A DNA stretch of 63,874 nt, filler included, from Reclinomonas americana ATCC 50394 (lineage: Eukaryota): the NCBI GenBank assembly GCA_048213135.1. It is 9 parts of 9 records of this genome, joined end to end, with 100 filler letters (N's around TTAATTAATTAA, not from the genome) between each part and the next. Parts side by side here need not be neighbours in the genome. Positions count along the whole stretch, not along the records: positions 52,638 to 62,742 come from AFZH01020229.1; positions 62,843 to 63,874 come from AFZH01020233.1; 7 more parts are not named here. One strand, given 5' to 3'. The position numbers and the translations under genes are program-made. Positions 56,201 through 63,874 of this stretch are shown here, in pieces. The notes beneath the pieces are model-generated. The model did not search any database and had not been told where the DNA came from. It was given only the letters and a program-made list of their open reading frames with translations. How positions within the stretch are numbered: position 1 is the stretch's first letter; each line of letters opens with the position of its first letter.

Positions 56201-56907
56201 AGGATGGCTGAAGGAGGAGCGGAGAAAGCATAATGGAGGCAAGGGGAAGGGAGAGCAAGAAGGCGAAGAGAACGGGTTTACAGGGAGAAGGGAAACAGAT
56301 GAGAGCACGGAGACATCGAACAGAGAGTGGAGAACAGCGAATGGAAATCAGAGAGTGCGTTGAGAGAGGAGAATGAAGGGGGAATTGAGATCGGAGAGCA
56401 GAGAAGAAGGAGGAGAATGAGAGGGGCGATGCCTGGAGTGTGACATGAGATCAGTGAAGAGTGAAAGAAGAACAGAGAAGCTTGTTGAAAGAAAGGTAGT
56501 GATCGCGAAGTAGAAAACAGAGAAGAGAGACTGCGAGAGGAGAGAAACCTGGAAGCCGGCAAGAGAAAGCAGAAGTGGAAGATAAACCAGAAGAGAGAGT
56601 CGGAGAGTAAGCGTTCAAGAGAGGCTGTGATTACGAAAGTCGTCATGCTCTCCCTTCGCAGCCTTTCCTCATCTCTTTCCCTCCACAGAAACACGCCGGC
56701 GGCGAGGGTCGATCAGCCACATTCTACGGACGCACATACAAGAGGCACGACCCGGCGCTGGTGGCCAAGCTGCGCCCGAAGCCATTCAAGCCCAACAAGA
56801 CCAAGGCTCCGTACGACACGCACACCGTGATGCGCCAGTATGTGTCCGAGCAGGCGGATAACTTTACGACGGAGCACTCGGTGGCGTCGGCGCACATGCT
56901 GCGATGA
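52897..56907 (+). CDS. Hypothetical protein, 5' end in gap, multi-exon; possibly a microtubule/axonemal filament-type protein
   Basis: In-frame exons at ~52897, 54172, 55099, 55280, 55579 and 56689 ending ..YVSEQADNFTTEHSVASAHMLR*; no firm family. Confidence 0.6.
53100..53700. repeat. Intronic degenerate tandem repeat (~240 bp x2-3)
   Basis: gtgcgaggagatcg at ~53147, 53408 and 53631; gtacttgcatgtgtgtcaacgggcgtgt at ~53351 and 53575. Confidence 0.85.
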
Positions 56908-57129
56908 GAGAGCAGAGGGGCGCGGGAAGTACGTCGTTCCCGTCGACAAAAAGGAGATATTTGTAATGTGGAAATGATAAAAACAGAAGAGCGAACAATG
57001 TGGAGCAGATTTCCAATGTCAGCGTACACTGTTTCACTCCGTGCATCAACACGACACACAAGAACGAAATAAGCAACAGTGCGTCTAGACCCTCTGCTGC
57101 TGCTGCTGCTGCTTTGGCGGCGGCGGCAA

Positions 57130-59470
57130 TTACAGCTCGAACTTGGTGGAGGCCTTCTCCTTCAGGAAGGCGAGGAAGCCGTCGACCTCACGGCCGCCCT
57201 CGTACACAATCGGCTTGTCCTTGGCATTGCCGGGGAAGAAGTAGATGGTGGGGAAGCCGCGCACGGCGATGCCGGTCTGCGGCGGCGCGTCATTCAGCGT
57301 CGAGTCGACCTTGGCGATAACCACAGAGTCCACGCCCTTCAGCTTCTCGGCCAGCTCGGCGTACTTGGGCTCCAGGGTCTTGCAGTGGCCGCACCCTGGT
57401 GGGAGGAAAAGGGCGAAGTGAGAAGGGGGAAGGGGGAGGGAAGAGGGAGAGAGAGGCACAAGAGCAAGTGCGATAGAAAAGGACGGCGTCTTCTATTGTG
57501 GCGGGACGCAACAGGGAGCGTAGAACTCGACCAGCACATCCTTGTCGTTGTTGAGCACGATCTCGTCGAAAGTGCTGCCGACGACAACCTTGACCGGCTC
57601 GTCGTTGCTCTCCGGCACCGGGGCCGAGCGCACGTGCGAGGTCAGGCGACCGTTGGACCAGTCGTCGAGGAACTTGTCGAGGTTCGCGGCGTTGAGGTCG
57701 TCGTTCAGCGGGTACTTCCACGAGCGCTCCTGGTCGTCGACGGCAAAGGCCGGCAAGCGCTTCTCGTCCAGGCCCAGGCGGGAGCGGTGCGAGGCGAACT
57801 TGTCGCTGTGCGCATGAAGGAGAAGTGAGCACACTGAAAAGAGGTCTCTCTACTGCTAATTACTCAACTTGTTGAGGTACACAAAGGTCAGCTTGCCCTC
57901 GTACTTCTTAGCGGTGGGGATCAGGGGGTCGATCACCAGACCCGGCGTGCGCAGCATGTCGGACGACACAAAGAGCACGGCCAGCGGGCGCTTGGTGGCG
58001 AGGTAGCTTTGGGCGTTCTCCATCGTCAGCTCACCCTGCATAAGCACATAAAGATGAGACAGAAGGGTCACGCGCAAAGAGAGCGTGTACGTGTGTGACG
58101 AACGTACCCAGAACGGAATCGAGGCGTCGCTGAGGAAGGAGATAATGGCGGCGGATTCGACAAACGAGCCCGTGTACTCGGCGGGCTTCTTGCGATCAAA
58201 GTGGCGGTGGACGCGGATCATCGGGAACTTGCTGACGGCCAGCTGCTCCGCCAGAGCGGGATCGGTCACCATGCCGAAGCGCATCTTCTCGCGCTGGTCG
58301 TTGGCCACGTTGCGGAACATGGTGCCGTCGAGGGACTCGGCCTCCACGAAGCCAATGGCGGCCAGTGAGTTCTTGTCCTGGAACTGCGCGACCTCCGTGC
58401 CGGAGTTGAGGATGACGAAGGCGGGGCCGGTTTGGCTGCAAGGGGGAGGGAGGGGGGAAGGAGGGAAGGGGGAAAGGCAATAGTGAGAAAAATACGAAAT
58501 GACGGCCGCGAAGCGGCTGTCACAAGAAGGAGAAGGAACGGAAGCGCAGAGTCAAGAGACAAGGCAACAGAGATAAAAATGACGGCCGCGAAGCGGCTGT
58601 CACCGCAGGAGAACCGACGATGCGTGCGACGAGTTGGAAGCACAGAGTGGAGAATGTGAGGGCAGCAAGAACTCAGAATGACGGCCGCGAAGCGGCTGTC
58701 AAACAAGAAAGCGCAACCATGCGTGCACAGTCATTCAAGCAGCCGGAGGGTGAGCAAAGCTCTGACCATTTCGCGACAGTGAAAGAAGAGAACTCAGAAT
58801 GACGGCCGCGAAGCGGCTGTCAAAAAGGGATGAGACGACACTTGTAGAGAAGAACTCAGAATGACGGCCGCGCAGCGGCTGTCACATCAGGAGAGCCGAC
58901 GATGTGTGCGAAGAGTTAGAAGTACAGAAGCGGCTGTCAGGAACAAAGCTCTGAGCATAGCGTGACAGTGAAAGAAAAGAACTCAGAATGACAGCCGCGA
59001 AGCGGCTGTCAAATCAGGAAGAGAGACGATGCATTCGAAGAGTTGTAAAATACACCAAGAGTTCGCAGACGACAGTCGCTTCGCGGCTGTCAAATAGGAA
59101 GAAACAACCATGCGTGCACTGTCGCTCAAGTAGCTGGAGAGCACAGCTCTAAACACCATGCGCGGGAGTGAAATTCAGAATGACGGCCGCGAAGCGGCTC
59201 AAGAAAGAGAAGAATCGAATACGCGTGGGTCTTCAAGCAGACGACATTCACAGCGGAGACGAAGGGCAGCATCGAGGAACAGAGTAAAGCAACAAGAGAA
59301 AATGGGAGGCAAGCATCAGAGAAGAGAAAAGCAAACTAGGCGGCCACTGACAACGGTCACGAGGCAATTGAACAGCGAGTGAACACGAGTAGAAAGAGAA
59401 AGAGGAAGTGGAAGAGAAATAAAGAGAGCGAGAGAGCAACAGAAAGAGAAAGCAAGATACAATGAGAGAG

Positions 59471-59547
<77 letters not shown>

Positions 59548-60896
59548 AAAAGAGAGAAAAGAGAAAGAGAATGAGAAATAGAAAAAGCAAGCAAACAAGC
59601 AGTCAGGAAAGAGACAAGGAACGCGCTGCCTCAGGGCACGACTGAACAGTGAGAATGAACAAAACCAAGAACGCTGGAAGATTCTCAGTCCGCCCTTCCC
59701 TCTTCGCCCTTTGCCCTTCCTCACCCATCAATGTAACGCTGGAGAGCATCATACGTGCGCTCGCCGCTGTAATCCTTCGGCGTGTCAATGCCCTTGATAA
59801 ACAGCTTCAGCGACGGGAAACCGGTGACGTCGTAGCGCTTCTGCTCAACCAAACAACTTTATCAGTGACACATCACTTCCGTCGTCCTTCTCCCTTCTCA
59901 CACGCAACGGCGAGATCCTTCTCAATGGTGGCATCGAGCTTGCAGATCTTGGCGCCGAGCTCGGGCTGGCGGTTGTAGTGCGCCGCCAGCTTCTGCCAGT
60001 CGGGCGCGAGCTTCTTGCAGTGTCCGCACCCTGGCGCACACGTGAGTGACGCAATGGAAGAAGCTATCTCTCGCAAAGGGCGCCGACGCAACAAGGAGCT
60101 GTGCAAATCACGCGTGTGTGTAAGTCAAGGGAGTTGTGATGGAGAGCCAACAAGGAGAAGAAGAGAGCGCACCGTAGAACTCGATAAAGGTGACCGACTG
60201 GCTTCCGTAGGTGACCTCCTCGTCCCAGTTGGCCTCGGTGAGCACCACCACATCGGGATCAGCGGCGTCGCCTTCGGAGTTGGAGGCGGCGGGTTTGGCG
60301 CCCGGTGCCAAGTCCGCCGCATTGATCTTCTTCTCCTTGTTGGCGGCCGACGGCGACAGCGACTCGGCCTTCAGGGACTTGACATTCTGCGAGACGAGTG
60401 ACGTCAGCACGCAAAGAAGAGAGAGAATCGAACGAGTGTGACTTGCGCATTTGGTGTGTGTGCGTGTGCGTGATGTGCGAGAGGGCGTGTGCTGCCACTC
60501 ACCGCGCTAATCTCCGAGACAAGACGACGGATCTCGTCGACATTTGCCACAAGTTTCGGCAACTCCTGCACGTTGTACACACACAGAGAATGAGTTGTCG
60601 CACACTCGCATGAGCACACCATGACACACGCTCATGCATGGCGAGGGGGGGAGGGGAGAAGGGGAGCAAGCGACACGTGGCACATGCACATCTCTCACTC
60701 TCATATTTTTCCCGTTTCTCACCTCTCCTTGTGCAGCGCCCAGCTGGTAGGTGCGGAGGCACACGCCAAAGACGGCGCCGAGGGTGGCGACCAGCAGCAG
60801 CGAGATGAGCTTGCTGCTGCCTGCCGAGGACGATGATGACGACGATGACGCCTTGGGAGTGGACTTGCCACTGAGAGAGGGTTTGTCGCCGGACAT
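57130..60896 (-). CDS. Protein disulfide isomerase (a-b-b'-a'), about 12 exons, with an N-terminal signal-anchor extension and C-terminal KFEL
   Basis: Two spliced EFYAPWCGHCK active sites; KRYDVTGFPSLKLF; VKVVVGSTFDEIVLNNDKDVLVEFY; VIAKVDSTLND..VRGFPTIYFFP; ends STKFEL*. Confidence 0.95.
58490..59205. repeat. Array of 23-nt inverted-repeat (hairpin) units with variable spacers inside a PDI intron
   Basis: TGACGGCCGC-GAA-GCGGCTGTCA or close variants at 58500, 58580, 58679, 58800, 58862, 58989, 59070 and 59181, plus a half copy at 58927. Confidence 0.92.
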
Positions 60897-61578
60897 GACT
60901 CTGGCGGAGGGAGCGAGGTGAGTGGGCAGAGAGGGGAAAGAGGAAGAGGAGCGACAAGTGCGCACATGCAAACCTTGCACAAAAAACGAATTTGCAGTTC
61001 TTTGCAATTGGCGGGAATTTGTGTTGTCTGCGTGTTCTCCTCTCCTTTTTCCTTCCCCCTTCTCCTTCTCCCTTCTCCTTCTCCCTTCTCCTTCTCCCTT
61101 CTCTCTTTTCCTTCTCCTTTTTCCTTCCCCCTTCTCTCTTTTCCTTCTCCTTTTTCCTTCCCCCTTCTCCCCTACCTCCTCTCATCTCCATCCTTCCTCA
61201 CCTCTCCATAGTCGCGCTTTTCCATCCCCCTCATCGTTCGTCCTTCTCCTTCTCCCTTCTCCTTCTCCCTTCTCTATTTGTCGCGTTTTCCTTCCTTCTC
61301 ATTCTCACACCAACAACATAAAAACACCCATTCTCTTCCCGTCACCTTCCCTCTTCTCCTTTCCCTTCTCCGTTCTTCTCCCCTTCCCATTCTCACACCG
61401 CCTTTTCATTCCGCGCCTTCCCTCCCGTGATCTTCATTCCCGTTCCTCCCTCTGTCTCATCTCCCTCTTACCATTTCCTCGTCCCCCATCTCCTTCTCCC
61501 CTTCTCCCATGAGCCCTTCCATAATCCTCCTTTCCCTCACTCTCTCTCTCTTCTCCCTGCTCCCTTCTCCCTTCCCAG

Positions 61579-62742
61579 CGACGACGCACAGCAGCAACTC
61601 GCTGACGGCCACCGTGGACCTCAAATCCATTGACGCACCGCACGGCCTGCTGGCCACGACGGCCACCGTGCAACTCTTCCTGCGAGGCTGGAAGTCGCCG
61701 GCGGCGCAGTCGATTCAGCACCAGGTGCTGAACAACTCCATCCAGCTGATCACCGTACGGGTCGGCGACGACACATACGTCACCGGCTTTTCGTTCCAGG
61801 TGGCGGATCCGGGCGCCGGCAACGAGACGTACGTGACGTGGACGGCCATTGGTCGTGTGCGTCCGGGTGCGACGCCCAAGTGCCAGGCGGGCTTCTTCGG
61901 ATCGGACTGCTCACGGTGCTCGCTGAGTGTCGGCGACTCGGTGTGCGGCGAGGACCAGATGAGTGTGCTGACGTGCAGCAAGGACGGCGAGCGTGTGAAG
62001 ACGGCGTGCGGTGCCGACAAGCCGGTGTGCGTCGGTCTGCCTGCGCTGAAGACGTCTTGCGAGGCGTCGTGCCTGGAGACGGTGACGACTCCCGCCACCA
62101 CCGCATTCGGCATTGTGCAGATCTTGGTCAGCGGCGACGGCCAGACCATGCTGTACGTCGACGAGGCGAATGTCTTCGTGTCGACGGACACGGGTGCCAG
62201 CTGGACCGCGCCCACCGTGGCCGGCGCCGGTGGCGTCATCTGGGGCTCGCCAGCTCTGAGTCGCGACGGCACGACCATGTGCGTCTCGTCGGGGCACACC
62301 GACACCCTCGGCGTCTACGTGTCGCGTGACGGCGGAAGCACGTGGAGTGCGTCGCTGCCGGGTCAAGCGGCAGTGGGCACCGTCGGCATCAGCGACGACG
62401 GAGCGGTGATTGCGGTGACCTTCGATACCGCGCAAGTGACGGTGTCCACCGACGGCGGAGCCACGTGGTCGTCGCCGACCGTGCCGAATTTCAAATTCAG
62501 TCGGGGCTCCAAAGGGGGAGAGTCCTGCATGTTACGCAAAATCGCCGATCCCTCTTCTCCTCATCCCTCTCAACCTCCATTCCTCTCCCTCAGTTCCACC
62601 GCCCTCTCACACGCCAACCACTCGACCACCAACCACCGCATCCAACAACATTGTGAGAATTGGCAGCCGCACCTCCAACAAACCACAGTAATCTCGCTTG
62701 CCAACTTTGGCAGCCCGCAGGTCTCGACCGACCACGGCGCAA
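61579..62742 (+). CDS. Partial extracellular-type protein: H-type-lectin-like domain + EGF-like Cys region + BNR/Asp-box repeats
   Basis: ..VTGFSFQV..NETYVTWTAIG; CQAGFFGSDCSRC..; repeats VSTDTGASW, VSRDGGSTW, VSTDGGATW and VSTDHGA; first exon unresolved and 3' end in gap. Confidence 0.7.
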
Positions 62743-63018
62743 NNNNNNNNNNNNNNNNNNNNNNNNNNNNNNNNNNNNNNNNNNNNTTAATTAATTAANN
62801 NNNNNNNNNNNNNNNNNNNNNNNNNNNNNNNNNNNNNNNNNNACACACAGTTACACCCTCACCTGTCACACACGTGCACACACAGAGACACACACACCTT
62901 TCCTCCATCAACCTCTGCTCAGCAAGCCCAGACATTGCGTCGATGGCCGTCGATGTCGATGTCGACATGGACAGAGACAATCACTGACGTCATCGTGATT
63001 GTAACGTTCACAGTGGCG

Positions 63019-63874
63019 ATGAGCGAGAGGCGATCTCCGCGTCGCGTGGCCTCCGCCTCCGGTGGCTCTGTGGCCATGCTGCTCTCTGTGGTCGGCTCCA
63101 ACGCCATGCCCTCGCGCGTGGCAGTGGCAGTGGAGAGCGCAGCGTCGCCGGCGGCGCAGAGGAAGCTGTGGGCGCAGATGCAGGCGTATCAGCAGAGCAA
63201 GGCCGGGTCTGCGGCATCGTCGGCGTCCCCAGTGGTGATGGAGAGTGAGGCGATGTTGGTGAACCGACTGATCCGCTCACGTCAGCGCGCGTTGATTGAT
63301 GAGCTGGTGGTCGACGTGGATGAGGTTCAGTGATTCGCTTTCCTTTTGCTCTGTGTGAGTGTGAAGCTCATTCTCTCTCTGTGTGTGTGGCAAAGGCGGT
63401 GGACGCGTTGTGTGCGTTGTTTACGGTGGCGAGTGGGCTGGTGCGCGAGGTGGAGACGCAGCGGGGGCGCACGGAGCAGGCGGTGCAGGAGGTGGCGCGG
63501 TTGCAGACAAGCATGCAACAGACTGATGCTGTTGCGTAACTCTCACACACTCGCCTCTGGTCATGGTTGTTGATTGTCTCGCGTGTCTGTAGGAGAATGC
63601 GCGGCTGGCGGGGGAGCTGGCGCGGCATCAGGAGGCGATTGTTAGAATACTCGGCGTGTGTCGCGCGTTCGGACACGCTGACACGAGCAAGCTGGTGCGC
63701 GATGATGAGCCGATTCATGACCCAGAGGTGCGTCCCCCCCCTCTGTCTCTCTCTCCCTCCCTCCCTCGCTCATGCGCTGCTGACGTGCCTTTGTGTCAGT
63801 CGGTGGCCACGATTGCACGGCAGTGTTTCGAGCGACTGGGCCGTGAGGCGACCGAGTTGCGGAGTGAGCGCAAT
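63019..63874 (+). CDS. Coiled-coil hypothetical protein, 5' part (runs off the window)
   Basis: MSERRSPRR..LIDELVVDVDE|AVDALCALF..EQAVQEVARLQTSMQQTDA|ENARLAGELARHQEAI..; consistent GT-AG phases. Confidence 0.6.

Noticed and set aside
57505..57515. Non-canonical TT..AGN introns (cutting G|TTGCGT) as an alternative reading of the shifted donors
   Set aside because: GT-AG boundaries explain every case, and give the expected hydrophobic residue (Leu rather than Arg) at the ATG18 junctions 1298 and 2536.
58490..59205. CRISPR array or tRNA cluster
   Set aside because: Eukaryotic intron, spacers variable in length and related to each other, no cas genes, and no cloverleaf or A/B boxes.

Overview
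This is draft genomic DNA from an unidentified, GC-rich, intron-dense microbial eukaryote using the standard genetic code with GT-AG spliceosomal introns. It consists of nine contigs joined by eight artificial 100-nt N/TTAATTAATTAA spacers. About 24 tightly packed protein genes could be reconstructed by hand: two tail-to-tail ATG18/WDR45-type PROPPINs, a large Cys-motif orphan, an EcKL/APH-like kinase, a CsgA-like SDR, a Spec3/stum-like protein, NOP58, a PhyH-like dioxygenase, INTS6, a Pmp3-like proteolipid, a CAP-Gly protein, a TFIIIC-delta-like protein with AT-hooks, two USPs, an NCS1 permease, an F-box/WD40 protein, PABP, ARF1, a PDI, a lectin/EGF/BNR protein and several hypotheticals. The strongest signal is in the splicing code. 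At least 26 introns use a +1-shifted donor GTTGCG(T) alongside the usual GTGCGT/GTTTGT, several fixed by conserved protein motifs, including one after a 6-nt microexon in the PDI active site. Other notable observations: three genes whose last codons, stop and 3' flank are tandemly echoed downstream; an array of GNA-loop hairpins in a PDI intron; long introns with GA-rich 5' halves and CT-rich 3' halves; and extreme gene packing, including overlapping stop codons. CDS coordinates are spans that include introns and were inferred without RNA data.
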